Below, piece after piece: positions 11,346 through 25,143 of a stretch of 64,000 nucleotides of DNA. How positions within the stretch are numbered: the first letter of the stretch is position 1; the number at the start of each line of letters is the position of its first letter. The notes under the pieces are model-generated. The model made no database searches, had not been told where the DNA came from, and saw only the letters and a list, made by a program, of their open reading frames with translations. The DNA is taken from positions 46,624,001 through 46,688,000 of the forward strand of contig OZ024752.1 in the NCBI GenBank assembly GCA_964016885.1, written 5' to 3'. Made by a program: the position numbers and the translations under genes. This DNA comes from Eledone cirrhosa (taxonomy: Eukaryota).

Positions 11346-14300
11346 TGGTGGTTAGGGTGCTGACTTAGAAGTGTAGTTTTGTGATCTAGTGGTTAGGGTG
11401 CTGACTTAGCAGTGTAGTTTTGTGATCTAGTGGTTAGGGTGCTGACTTAGAAGTGTAGTTTTGTGATCTAGTGGTTAGGGTGCTGACTTAGAAGTGTAGT
11501 TTTGTGATCTAGTGGTTAGGGTGCTGACTTAGAAGTGTAGTTTTGTGATCTAGTGGTTAGGGTGCTGACTTAGAAGTGTAGTTTTGTGATCTAGTGGTTA
11601 GGGTGCTGACTTAGAAGTGTAGTTTTGTGATCTAGTGGTTAGGGTGCTGACTTAGAAGTGTAGTTTTGTGATCTAGTGGTTAGGGTGCTGACTTAGAAGT
11701 GTAGTTTTGTGATCTAGTGGTTAGGGTGGATGACTTAGAAGTGTAGTTTTGTGATCTAGTGGTTAGGGTGCTGACTTAGAAGTGTAGTTTTGTGATCTAG
11801 TGGTTAGGGTGGATGACTTAGAAGTGTAGTTTTGTGATCTAGTGGTTAGGGTGGATGACTTAGAAGTGTAGTTTTGTGATCTAGTGGTTAGGGTGATGAC
11901 TTAGCAAGTGTAGTTTTGTGATCTAGTGGTTAGGGTGATGACTTAGCAGTGTAGTTTTGTGATCTAGTGGTTAGGGTGGATGACTTAGAAGTGTAGTTTT
12001 GTGATCTAGTGGTTAGGGTGGATGACTTAGAAGTGTAGTTTTGTGACCTAGTGGTTAGGGTGATGACTTAGAAGTGTAGTTTTGTGATCTAGTGGTTAGG
12101 GTGGATGACTTAGAAGTGTAGTTTTGTGATCTAGTGGTTAGGGTGATGACTTAGCAGTGTAGTTTTGTGATCTAGTGGTCAGGGTGCTGACTTAGAAGTG
12201 TAGTTTTGTGATCTAGTGGTTAGGGTGATGACTTAGCAGTGTAGTTTTGTGATCTAGTGGTTAGGGTGATGACTTAGAAGTGTAGTTTTGTGATCTAGTG
12301 GTTAGGGTGGATGACTTAGAAGTGTAGTTTTGTGATCTAGTGGTTAGGGTGGATGACTTAGAAGTGTAGTTTTGTGATCTAGTGGTTAGGGTGGATGACT
12401 TAGAAGTGTAGTTTTGTGATCTAGTGGTTTGGGTGATGACTTAGAAGTGTAGTTTTGTGATCTAGTGGTTAGGGTGGATGACTTAGAAGTGTAGTTTTGT
12501 GATCTAGTGGTTAGGGTGGATGACTTAGAAGTGTAGTTTTGTGATCTAGTGGTTAGGGTGGATGACTTAGAAGTGTAGTTTTGTGATCTAGTGGTTAGGG
12601 TGGATGACTTAGAAGTGTAGTTTTGTGATCTAGTGGTTAGGGTGGATGACTTAGAAGTGTAGTTTTGTGATCTAGTGGTTAGGGTGGATGACTTAGAAGT
12701 GTAGTTTTGTGATCTAGTGGTTAGGGTGATGACTTAGAAGTGTAGTTTTGTGATCTAGTGGTTAGGGTGGATGACTTAGAAGTGTAGTTTTGTGATCTAG
12801 TGGTTAGGGTGGATGACTTAGAAGTGTAGTTTTGTGATCTAGTGGTTAGGGTGATGACTTAGAAGTGTAGTTTTGTGATCTAGTGGTTAGGGTGATGACT
12901 TAGAAGTGTAGTTTTGTGATCTAGTGGTTAGGGTGATGACTTAGAAGTGTAGTTTTGTGATCTAGTGGTTAGGGTGATGACTTAGAAGTGTAGTTTTGTG
13001 ATCTAGTGGTTAGGGTGATGACTTAGAAGTGTAGTTTTGTGATCTAGTGGTTAGGGTGCTGACTTAGAAGTGTAGTTTTGTGATCTAGTGGTTAGGGTGA
13101 TGACTTAGAAGTGTAGTTTTGTGATCTAGTGGTTAGGGTGGTGGACTTAGAAGTGTAGTTTTGTGACCTAGTGGTTAGGGTGATGACTTAGAAGTGTAGT
13201 TTTGTGATCTAGTGGTTAGGGTGGATGACTTAGAAGTGTAGTTTTGTGATCTAGTGGTTAGGGTGATGACTTAGCAGTGTAGTTTTGTGATCTAGTGGTT
13301 AGGGTGCTGACTTAGAAGTGTAGTTTTGTGATCTAGTGGTTAGGGTGATGACTTAGCAGTGTAGTTTTGTGATCTAGTGGTTAGGGTGATGACTTAGAAG
13401 TGTAGTTTTGTGATCTAGTGGTTAGGGTGGATGACTTAGAAGTGTAGTTTTGTGATCTAGTGGTTAGGGTGGATGACTTAGAAGTGTAGTTTTGTGATCT
13501 AGTCGTTAGGGTGGATGACTTAGAAGTGTAGTTTTGTGATCTAGTGGTTTGGGTGATGACTTAGAAGTGTAGTTTTGTGATCTAGTGGTTAGGGTGGATG
13601 ACTTAGAAGTGTAGTTTTGTGATCTAGTGGTTAGGGTGGATGACTTAGAAGTGTAGTTTTGTGATCTAGTGGTTAGGGTGGATGACTTAGAAGTGTAGTT
13701 TTGTGATCTAGTGGTTAGGGTGGATGACTTAGAAGTGTAGTTTTGTGATCTAGTGGTTAGGGTGGATGACTTAGAAGTGTAGTTTTGTGATCTAGTGGTT
13801 AGGGTGGATGACTTAGAAGTGTAGTTTTGTGATCTAGTGGTTAGGGTGATGACTTAGAAGTGTAGTTTTGTGATCTAGTGGTTAGGGTGGATGACTTAGA
13901 AGTGTAGTTTTGTGATCTAGTGGTTAGGGTGGATGACTTAGAAGTGTAGTTTTGTGATCTAGTGGTTAGGGTGATGACTTAGAAGTGTAGTTTTGTGATC
14001 TAGTGGTTAGGGCGATGACTTAGAAGTGTAGTTTTGTGATCTAGTGGTTAGGGTGATGACTTAGAAGTGTAGTTTTGTGATCTAGTGGTTAGGGTGATGA
14101 CTTAGAAGTGTAGTTTTGTGATCTAGTGGTTAGGGTGATGACTTAGAAGTGTAGTTTTGTGATCTAGTGGTTAGGGTGCTGACTTAGAAGTGTAGTTTTG
14201 TGATCTAGTGGTTAGGGTGATGACTTAGAAGTGTAGTTTTGTGATCTAGTGGTTAGGGTGGTGGACTTAGAAGTGTAGTTTTGTGATCTAGTGGTTAGGG

Positions 14301-14435
14301 TGATGACTTAGAAGTGTAGTTTTGTGACCTAGTGGTTAGGGTGATGACTTAGAAGTGTAGTTTTGTGACCTAGTGGTTAGGGTGGATGACTTAGAAGTGT
14401 AGTTTTGTGATCTAGTGGTTAGGGTGGTGGACTTA
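11346..14435. repeat. 41/42-bp minisatellite, ~74 copies, with a 1120-bp higher-order duplication
   Basis: Unit TAGTGGTTAGGGTGCTGACTTAGAAGTGTAGTTTTGTGATC; rare variants recur exactly 1120 bp apart. Confidence 0.95.
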
Positions 14436-14534
14436 AACGTTTAAGTTTGTGGCAATTGTTTATATTTATCTAAAACCCTTGCATCATAATTTTATGTAAG
14501 AACCTTTCTTAAGTTATGTTCCAAGCCTGGTTTA

Positions 14535-14756
14535 ATAATGGTTTCTGATTTAGGCACAAGGCCAACGATTTCTGGGAATGGGAAAGTTGATTAAATCGAC
14601 CCCAGTGTGTTACTGGTACTTTATTTTATCAACCCTGTTAGGATGAAAGGCAAAGCTAACCCTAGCAGGATTTGAACTCAGAACATAAAGGAACGTAACT
14701 ATATGCTGCAAAGCATCGTACCCAATGCTCTAATGATACTGTCAGCCCACTGCCCT
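14535..14756 (-). mobile_element. SINE family B (Deu/Nin-like domain)
   Basis: Reverse complement of GAGTTCAAATCC..TTTGCCTTTCATCCT..GATAAAATAAAGTACCAG. Confidence 0.8.
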
Positions 14757-14888
14757 TCAAACCTGTCTTAATAATGAGAAAATTAATTATATTTCGAAAA
14801 CCCTTTCAAATTCTTGATTATTTTCAAAATGACTTGAAAACCATAGGCAGTGTCTTTCATTAGAACTGTTCCAATGGTTGACGTAGCT

Positions 14889-15147
14889 TGTTAGAAGGTT
14901 GTTAGGTCGTTAGAAGGTTGTTAGAAGGTTGTTAGAAGGTTGTTAGAAGGTTGTTAGAAGGTCGTTAGAAGGTCGTTAGAAGGTTGTTAGAAGGTCGTTA
15001 GAAGGTCGTTAGAAGGTCGTTAGAAGGTCGTTAGAAGGTTGTTAGAAGGTCGTTAGAAGGTCGTTAGAAGGTCGTTAGAAGGTTGTTAGAAGGTCGTTAG
15101 AAGGTTGTTAGAAGGTTGTTAGAAGGTCGTTAGAAGGTCGTTAGAAG
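14889..15147. repeat. 11-bp tandem repeat GTTAGAAGGTY, ~23 copies
   Basis: Direct reading. Confidence 0.95.
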
Positions 15148-15293
15148 CTTTTGAAATGTTCATTATTAATAATGAATTCTTTAATTAGCAGTAATGCCCA
15201 GGAGTTGCACAGTGTTGCACTTAATGTCAATGTACCAACACCAAACACCCACAATGATAACATCCACAACTACCACCACCAACAACAACAACA

Positions 15294-16013
15294 ACATATT
15301 GTAGAGCTAGCCTAGGGTGCTAAATACCCAGGTACATATTGTAGAGCTAGCCTAGGGTGCTAAATACCCAGGTACACAGTGTAGAGCTAGCCTAGGGTGC
15401 TAAATACCCAGGTACACAGTGTAGAGCTAGCCTAGGGTGCTAAATATCCAGGTACACAGTGTAGAGCTAGCCTAGGGTGCTAAATACCCAGGTACATATT
15501 GTAGAGCTAGCCTAGGGTGCTAAATACCCAGGTACATATTGTAGAGCTAGCCTAGGGTGCTAAATACCCAGGTACATATTGTAGGGCTAGCCTAGGGTGC
15601 TAAATACCCAGGTACATATTGTAGAGCTAGCCTAGGGTGCTAAATACCCAGGTACATATTGTAGAGCTAGTCTAGGGTGCTAAATACCCAGGTACATATT
15701 GTAGAGCTAGCCTAGGGTGCTAAATACCCAGGTACATATTGTAGGGCTAGCCTAGGGTGCTAAATACCCAGGTACATATTGTAGAGCTAGCCTAGGGTGC
15801 TAAATACCCAGGTACATATTGTAGAGCTAGCCTAGGGTGCTAAATACCCAGGTACACAGTGTAGGGCTAGCCTAGGGTGCTAAATACCCAGGTACATATT
15901 GTAGAGCTAGCCTAGGGTGCTAAATACCCAGGTACACAGTGTAGGGCTAGCCTAGGGTGCTAAATACCCAGGTACATATTGTAGGGCTAGCCTAGGGTGC
16001 TAAATACCCAGGT
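15294..16013. repeat. 40-bp minisatellite, 18 copies
   Basis: ACATATTGTAGAGCTAGCCTAGGGTGCTAAATACCCAGGT in exact 40-bp register. Confidence 0.95.
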
Positions 16014-16789
16014 GCCAGCTCTGTCTTGATAATCAGTTAGAATTCATGTTTTGTTTGATATCTCAGTATTGACATATTGATATTGATCTTGCCTGTAAAA
16101 CCAATCAATCAATGTATCAATCATTGATACAAGTGTTCCATTGAACTGTTAATCTTTGACACTGATAATAATAATTAGTAGTAATTTCTTTATTGGCCAT
16201 TGTGTACATACATGCATGTACACAAACACATGCTTATGTACATAGACACATACACACAAACAGATGCTTATATACATAGACACATACACATGTACACATG
16301 TATACATGTACACGTAAATTCATACATATATAAACACATACAGCCATATAGTTCTACAGCATGGCTATGTTGTTTTTGTAAAGGTTTATTATGTATGTAT
16401 ATATATGTGTTTATATGTATGTATATGTATATATATGTATGTGTGTGTATGTATAGGTTTATATATGTATGTGTGTGTGTGTGTGTATTATGTATGTATG
16501 TATTCGTATATGCATGTATGTGTGTATGTGTACATGTATACGTGTGTATGTGTACATGTATATGAGATTTATTTGATGGAACTTTTGTATATCAAAGCAA
16601 TAGTAAAACATAATGAATTGTTGTTGTTGTTGCTGTTATTGCTCCAGGTCAGGCAGAACTACACTGAAGGACATTCTAACCATGCCCACCATGTCTTAGA
16701 TTAAATTATGTTTGTTTTATATAGACAACATTAATAGTAAATCTATAGGTGCCACTGTTTTAATGCCAGCAAGTTGACTGAGGTGACAT

Positions 16790-17073
16790 TAAATAATTGT
16801 TTCTACTTTAGGCACAAGGCCAGCAATTACCCAGTGTATTACTGGTACTTTATTTGATCGACCCCGTAAGGATGAAAGGCAAAGTCAACCTCGGCGGGAT
16901 TTGAACTCAGATCGTAAAGGGACGTAACTATGCTGCAAAGCATGGCGTCCGACCCTCTACCGATACTGCCACTCCACCGCCCTAGCATGGCGTCCGACCC
17001 TCTACCGATACTGCCAATCCACCGCCCTAGCAAGGCGTCCGACCCTCTACCGATACTGCCAATCCACCGCCCT
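16790..17073 (-). mobile_element. SINE family B with 45-bp 5' head triplicated
   Basis: Matches the other B copies; AGCAWGGCGTCCGACCC unit at 16939, 16984, 17029. Confidence 0.85.
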
Positions 17074-17084
17074 ATGGTGACTTT

Positions 17085-17520
17085 AAATAATTGTTTCTAC
17101 TTTAGACACAAGACAAGCAATTTGAAGGAGAGAGGAAAGTTGATTAACCCTTTAGCATTTAAACTGGTCATATCTGGCCAGAATTCCCCCCCCCGCCGCC
17201 TCTTTCTGTTCAAACTGGCTGTAACCGGTCACTCATACTGATGTTAAGGTATTGTTCTCAAAATAAATAATATCAAAATCTCATAGATTCGATATTATGT
17301 GAAATAAAGTGTGTTTACTGTGAAAATATTTATAATAGCAAATATTGAGTAATGTAAATGCTAAAGGGTTAAATTAACCCCACTGGTACTTTATTTAGCA
17401 ACCCCGTAAGGATGAAAGGCAAAACTAACCCCGGCGGGATTTGATCTCAGGACATAAAGGGCTGTAACTCTATGTTGCAAAGCATGGTGTCCAAAGCGCT
17501 AGCGATTCTGACACTCCACT
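17085..17520 (-). mobile_element. SINE family B interrupted by a TTAA MITE
   Basis: SINE halves flank the MITE at 17144-17372. Confidence 0.75.
17144..17372. mobile_element. piggyBac-type MITE (TTAA-CCCTTTAGCATTTA...TAAATGCTAAAGGG-TTAA)
   Basis: Terminal inverted repeats beginning CCC; duplicated TTAA target. Confidence 0.8.
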
Positions 17521-18424
17521 GACATGAAATAATTTCTTACTCCAGTGCCCTCAATCTCCAGACAACCAGAGAAGGGCAAAAGATAGCTAAATATCAAGCA
17601 TTGACAGACCGTTTCTTTTTTTGTGACCTCTGATGTTCCTTGGTCTCTGTTTTCCTTCAACATCTCCTCTGCCAGTCTTAGTAATTTGAGGTCCGCTCGC
17701 ACAACCTCTGCCCAGATCTATTGAGGTTTCCCTACACTGGGATTTCCTGGTATTTCTTCACCCATCGGTCACACCAGTTAAATTTATGTCTTGCCTACTC
17801 TAACCTCTCCCCACTCTCACATGACCCCCCCACCCCCACCCACCTCTTCACTTCACTGTGACCAATAGTTACACATTTTCTCCATCACCGCCACCACAAT
17901 CATCATCATCACCACCACCATCATCACCACTGCCATCACAATCATTATCGTCACCACCACAATCATCATCATCATCATCATCATCATCACCACCACCAAT
18001 GCCATCACCACCACCACCATCATCATCATCACCACTATCGTTATCACCACCATCATCACAATCATCACCATCACCAACACCACTATCAGTGTCATTATTT
18101 CCACACAGAGAGACACACATATGAAGTGAATCAGTTCTATTGCCCAATATATCATCTAACCTTTGACCTCTAATACAATCAAAGACAAACAGACAGACCG
18201 CCACTAATGGCCTCACAGTTCTGCCAATACTTTAGAGTCCAGATTTATTTATCCTCTATTATTGTACAACAACATACAGTTAAATAAATGACATTGTCTT
18301 ATTGATTTCATCTTTCTCTCCCGCTTTCTCTCTCTCTCTCTTTCTCTCCCGCTTTCTCTCTCTCTCTCTTTCTCTCCCGCTTCTCTCTCTCTCTTTCTCT
18401 CTATCTATCTATCTCTCTCTCTCA

Positions 18425-18455
<31 letters not shown>

Positions 18456-18464
18456 CCCCCCCCA

Positions 18465-18564
<100 letters not shown>

Positions 18565-21332
18565 GAAATAATAGATTTTTTTTTAAATTTCATTTAATCT
18601 GAACTTTTCCTTAACCCTTTACATTTTATTTCTGCTGAGTTGACTATGGGGAGGGAGGGGTAACTTAATTCTGGATATTATTTATTCTATGTATAACCAA
18701 GTCCCCACCCCCTGGGGTCAAACTATGAACTGAAGGAGGGTACTTTTTTTCTGCACTTTGTACCTGCGACCAATATATTTCAATATTGCTGATTCAATCC
18801 ACTAAATAGTAAATAGGTACCATGAGTAGGTGTGTGGGTTGTTAAGGACATTTGGTTTTACAATCATGAGACTTTAGGTTCGATACCTCATGTTTGTATT
18901 GTACTATCATCCTCCATGGAGGATATGATTAATATGACAGAGAAAACATTGTAAAAACTCTTCAGTTGTCTGAAGGACTTGACAACCTCACTAGTGCTAG
19001 TGCCATGATAAAATGCTCCCAGTACACTCTGTAAAGTTATTGGTTATAGGAAGAGCATCCAGCTGTAGATATCATGACAAACAAAACATTATAAAGACTC
19101 TTCAATTGTCTGAAGGATGTGACAACCTCTCTAGTGACAGTGCCATGATATATTACACCCAGTACACTCTGTAAAGGGGTTGGTAATAGGGAAGAGCATC
19201 CAGCTGTAGATACCATGACAAACAAAACATTGTAAAGACTCTTCAGTTGTGTGAAGAGGGTGACCATGGACAGATTTAGACATTGTCTTGCCTAGGGCAC
19301 TTTCTCTCTCTCAGACAGACTGACAGACAGACAGACAGACACACAGATTCCTTGAGATTTGCTCAGCAGAAAAGGAAAAGAAAGAACAATTAATTAATAT
19401 GAGAAATATTGGCTGACACCATTCTGGCATAGATTCAGATAGTGTTATATAGATCTGACATTTCATTAATCTACATAAAAATATATCCAAAGTTATTGGA
19501 ATCACTGAGGGAGAGAGAAGAAAATATATATCAGCACTGCTAAGATTTCTGAGTAAAAACTAAAGAAAATGTTCTAAATAAGAAGTGTATCAATTGTAGC
19601 ATTGATTGGAATAATCAATAATTAACAGTCTTTGATATTGTTAGTGCTATTGAATCACACAAATTCCTTGCCTTTATAGAATTATGCCACAAGTCTTTTT
19701 TTTTTTTTTTTTGGCAGAATAGAAAACTTTATAGAAATAATTTCCAGATTTATTTTCCCCCAAATCTCACATAACCACATAGTAAACAAAAGGAGAAAAA
19801 TAAAAACGAAATTTTTAATAAATAATAAATTAAGTTTTATTTTTAATAAAATAAAATATAAAAAACAAAAACTGAACCACAAAAAAGAAAAATAAATGAA
19901 AATAAGATACATTTAGAATGCAGAAGGGAAAAAAAAAGAATTTTTCAAAAATTAGAAAAAAAAATTTTGTATTTAAAATTATATTTTAAAGGAATCTTTA
20001 TAGAAATCTCTTTTAAAAGAGATTTTATTCATAACGAGACTTCATAATGAGGCTTCATTAATTGTGTATGTCGTTCATTATTAATGTTCTAATATGGCCT
20101 TTGTATCCCAAAACCATAACATTTTTTTTATGTATCGACACCTGTCTTTCATCTTCTTCCTCCTCATTTTATGTCTGTTTTCCTGGCATGGGTTGGACAA
20201 GTGATCATATTCTGACATTCAACAGATCAGATCAGATTAGACCTTGCTCCTCATATCTTCCATTCTCACATGATTTCTACAACTGGATGCCCTTCCTAAT
20301 GTCAACCATTTTACAGCATATGTACTGGGTGCTTTTTATTATGGGACCAACACTACCACTTTACAGAGTGGCCTAGGTGCATTTTATTGCAACACCAGCA
20401 CTACAGCTTTACAGAGAGAGCTGGGTGCATTTTATTGTGGTCCCAACACTACCACTTTACAGAAAGAGGTGAGAGAATTCTGGCCAGATGCAGCAGGTTT
20501 CAATGCTAAAGGGTTAATGTGACAATACCAAAAGCATCAGTAATATTCACTACATTGACTAATAAGTTATAATTCCAGTAATTATGTCTAACAGGTAATC
20601 TACCTTTGTCTGTCGTTAATAATTAACACCTATTTATTATTTAGTCCCAACTTTAATCTGTTGTGTTAAATCTTTAAGTCCACATCATCCATTACTTCGT
20701 TGGTCATCAACTTCTGTGTCATCATTGTTGACATCTACATTGTCATTGTTGTTGTCATCTACATTGCCATCATCATTGTCATTGTCTACATTGTCATTGT
20801 TGTTGTCTACATTGTCATTGTTGTTGTCATCTACATTGTCATTGTTGTTGTCTACATTGTCATTGTTGTTGTCATCTACATTGTCATTGTTGTTGTCATC
20901 ACTATTGCCATCATCACTATTGCCATCATCATTGTCATTGTCTACAGTGTCATCGTTTTCATTGTCATCATCATTGCTATCTTCGTCATTGTTATCATTG
21001 TTCTCATCACAATCATTATTGCTACCATCACAATCACCATAATCACCATCATCATCATCATCAGGTGAGATGGTGATAATATCTGGCAGTGATAGTGACG
21101 TGTAGTCAGGTGAGATAATGAAAATAACTCGTGGACAAGATCGTTGTAAAGATTTGTAGCATTTGACAAAAGAATTTCATTTTTAATGCAATGCAGTTAT
21201 TTAGTAATTCTGTAGTTCAGGATGTCTTGATAATGTGGTTTCACGCGGTTCAGGATATTAAGATAACTATTGACCCAAAAGTCACAAGTTCAAACTGTAT
21301 TGGTATTCATACTGCCCTCATAAATAAGAAAC

Positions 21333-21505
21333 ATCGGTAGAGGGTCGGACGCCATGCTTTCCAGCATAGTTACGTCCCTTTACGATCTGAGTTCAAATCC
21401 CGCCGAGGTTGACTTTGCCTTTCATCCTTACGGGGTCGATAAAATAAAGTACCAGTAATGCACTGGGTAATTTCTGGCCTTGTGCCTAAAGTAGAAACAA
21501 TTATT
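21333..21505 (+). mobile_element. SINE family B
   Basis: B-box GAGTTCAAATCC plus Deu/Nin-like domain. Confidence 0.85.
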
Positions 21506-21782
21506 ATGGTGGGTATTAGAGAAACTATTTAAAAACAACAAATGAAGTGTTCAATATTTAGTGTTCAATATTTAATGTTCAATATTTAATGTTCAATATT
21601 TAGTGTTCAATATTTAATGTAGGAAAGGCAACAAGTTCTGAACATCAATTTCATTCTATCAATATTTATTACATAAACAAATCAACAAATTATTTAATAT
21701 ATCAAAATCAATATTCAGCGGTGTAGGAAAATGGTTATTAAATGACTAGACACATTTCTTCATCCACCATATTATATATATT

Positions 21783-21981
21783 GTATTTCCTGGTGCTGAA
21801 GATGTATTTCCTGGTGCTGAAGATGTATTTCCTGGTCCTCGAGGACGCACCCTAATTTTGATAGCCAAATATTCGAGAAAAAAAAATCATAAACAACCTT
21901 TGGCCTCCGGGACACACGGCAGATTTTTGAGACTTATTTTAGGAGAAAAAGTAACGTCTTCAATGCCGGGAAATACGGTAT
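21783..21981. mobile_element. pogo/Tigger-like MITE, left end triplicated
   Basis: GTATTTCCTGG... ...GCCGGGAAATACGG-TA; related fragment at 33530-33590. Confidence 0.6.
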
Positions 21982-22374
21982 ATGTCTAAAGAGAGAGAAA
22001 GAGAGGTTGACTGAGGAGAGGGGACTGTCCATCTTCCCATTTGTTTCCCCATTGTCTCTCCGTCAGATAGAATGCTTTATGGTATTTGTTCCAACTCTCT
22101 TCTCTCTGAGTTCAAATCCAGCCGAGGTCAACTTTGCCTTTCAACCTTTCGAGGTTGATAATAAAAAAAGTACCAGTCTAGTACTGGGGTTGATTCTTCC
22201 TCTATATCTCAGGCCAGGAGAGGGATGGACTCTGCCAGGCTTAAAATGGCCAAGGAATGCTGAATGTCAATATGTTGCCCCTACAACTCTGTTAGGAGTT
22301 ACAGGATCATACATACATATGTATGTATGTATGTATGTATATATATATATATATGTATGTATATATATATATAT

Positions 22375-22690
22375 ATATAAATATCATTATATATATATAT
22401 ATAAATATCATTATATATATATATATAAATATCATTATATATATATATATATAAATATCATCATATATATATATAAATATCATCATATATATATATAAAT
22501 ATCATCATATATATATATAAATATCATCATATATATATATAAATATCATCATATATATATATATATAAAAATCATCATATATATATATATATATATATAT
22601 AAATATCATCATATATATATATATAAATATCATTATATATGTATATATAATATAAATATCATCATATATATATATATATATATCATCGTA
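22375..22690. repeat. AAATATCATY(AT)n array
   Basis: Direct reading. Confidence 0.9.
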
Positions 22691-23402
22691 TATATGTATA
22701 TATAATATATATATTTATATGTATATATTTATATGTATATGTATGTCTGTACCTGTGTGTGCTTGAACCTATGTGTGTATGTATGTCTATATTATAAAAT
22801 TATGAAAACATTGCACACGTCATATTTGATGCAAAGTTTTATGCATCATAAAGTTTTTCCAATTTAAACTGCTCTAAAGAAACAACCAAAATATCTTATT
22901 ATATATGTTCCTCCATTTTCATGTGTATTGTATAAAGTATAAAATTGTATTTTCACAAAAGAAACTAATAATATATTTGTCATGAACAACTGAGCAATTT
23001 CATTATTTAAACACAGTTTTATTTTATTTTTCTCTCTAACAAAACCTCAAATGGTGCATCACAGTAAAAAATAGAATGCAAATTTGTTCTTTGACAGAAT
23101 AAATCTAAAAATTAATTTCAGCTTTTTGGTATATTTTCTATTATAATTTGCTGGGTTTTATTAAAATTGATATTATTTACCAACACAATGACGGCTAACA
23201 AAACTTTTTCAGTGAAATTCATAAAACACTTATTGATTATTTCCAATCAAATGAACAATCAGAAGTTAAGTTCAATTTTCACTTTTAATTTCTGTAATTC
23301 TTTGACATTTTGGAAAGATTTATATTAAAATGGTGATGCCATAATAAAATACAGTTGAGTTCACCAATTAATTCAGCTTATCTCTTTCATGATTTAACAC
23401 AC

Positions 23403-23743
23403 GCACACATTCATCGGGTTCCTACATTGAATTTTCACCCTGGAAATGGGTTTTTACCCAGACTCTGGTTGAACTTCAACTTGGATATCTTTTTAGATCA
23501 CTGGATTTTCTGATAGCCTTTTGCTTCTACCAATATACCATGATTCACTACCACTTTTCCTCCTCTTTTCTCTTCCAACTCCCTTCTCATCATCTCAACC
23601 TTCTTTAGTTTCTCATTCTATCTTCTGATGAAGGAATAGCGTCCGAAACATTAAACCTCTTTTCCTACTATATCAAACGTAAAACTAATACTATATTTCT
23701 TTATTGTATTAGGTTGTTTGCTTTGTTATTTCTGTTTGCTTTT

Positions 23744-23748
<5 letters not shown>
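23403..23748 (+). mobile_element. putative Penelope-like element 3' end (ORF tail + hammerhead)
   Basis: AHIHRVPTLNFHPG resembles a GIY-YIG C-terminal I..P.LN...G motif (weak); TCTT-CTGATGA-aggaatagcgtcc-GAAACATT at 23621-23652; ends in (TA)n. Confidence 0.55.
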
Positions 23749-23787
<39 letters not shown>

Positions 23788-23789
<2 letters not shown>

Positions 23790-23980
23790 GAAGGAGGTGT
23801 GATTAAGAAACCAGATGGACCATAACGCACCAGAGTACTCAATACTTAGGGTAGTAGAGTGGGTAATAGGAAAATGTTTGACCCCGACAGCAGATCTCAA
23901 GCCGTTTCGACAGCTATTTCTGAGTCGTCCAGAATAGCTGTCGAAACGGCTTGAGATCTGCTGTCGGGGCCAAACATTTT

Positions 23981-23985
<5 letters not shown>
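23788..23985. mobile_element. fold-back element between two (TA)n tracts
   Basis: Arms ~23866-23922 / 23930-23985; half-hammerhead GAAACGGC ttgagatct GCTGTC. Confidence 0.75.
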
Positions 23986-24023
<38 letters not shown>

Positions 24024-24365
24024 ATACAGAGAGAGAGAGAGAGAGAATTGCTAGAAAGATATTAGCACAGATTAAAAGTTTAAGCGAATAATTAATAATT
24101 TCTGCTTTCACTCCATATAGACAGATAAATACACATACATATATATATATATAAATATATATATATGCACACACACACACACACACACACACACGACTCT
24201 AGAATTTAGAGTAACTGCAGTGGCAACAGAAACAACAACAGCAGCAGCAATGGCAGCAGCAGGATTTGTTAGAGACCCCCCCAGGCAGTTTGAAATACCA
24301 TTACTGTAGAATATGAAACTCATCTAATCTATATCTTTCATCAAATTGTTCCTTTCACAACTCCT

Positions 24366-25143
24366 ACCAACACCACCACCACCACTACCACCACCACCAA
24401 CACTACCACTACCATCACCACTACCACCACCACCAACACCACCATCACCACCAACACTACCACTACCAACACCACCACTACCAACACCACCAACACTACC
24501 ACTACCAACACCACCAACACTACCACTACCAACACCACCAACACTACCATCACCAACACCACCATCACCACCAACACTACCACTACCAACACCACCACTA
24601 CCAACACCACCACTACCAACACCACCACTACCAACACCACCACTACCAACACCACCACTACCAACACCACCAACACCACCAACACTACCACTACCAACAC
24701 TACCAACACCACCACTACCAACACCACCAACACTACCACTACCAACACCAACACCACCACTACCAACACCAACACCACCAACACTACCACTACCAACACC
24801 ACCAACACTACCACTACCAACACCACCACTACCAACACCACCAACACTACCACTACCAACACCACCACTACCAACACCACCAACACTACCACTACCAACA
24901 CCACCACTACCAACACCACCAACACCACCACTACCAACACCACCACTACCAACACCACCACCACTACCAACACCACCAACACCACCACCACTACCAACAC
25001 CACCACCAACACTACCACTACCAACACCACCAACACTACCACTACCACCAACACTACCACTACCATCACCAACACCACCAACACTACCATCACCACCAAC
25101 ACTACCATCACCACCACTACTACCATCGCCATCACTACCACCA
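24366..25143. repeat. (CCA/ACA/CTA)n compound trinucleotide repeat
   Basis: Direct reading. Confidence 0.9.

Noticed and set aside
11346-14435. telomere or interstitial telomeric array
   Set aside because: TTAGGG occurs singly per 41-bp unit, not in tandem
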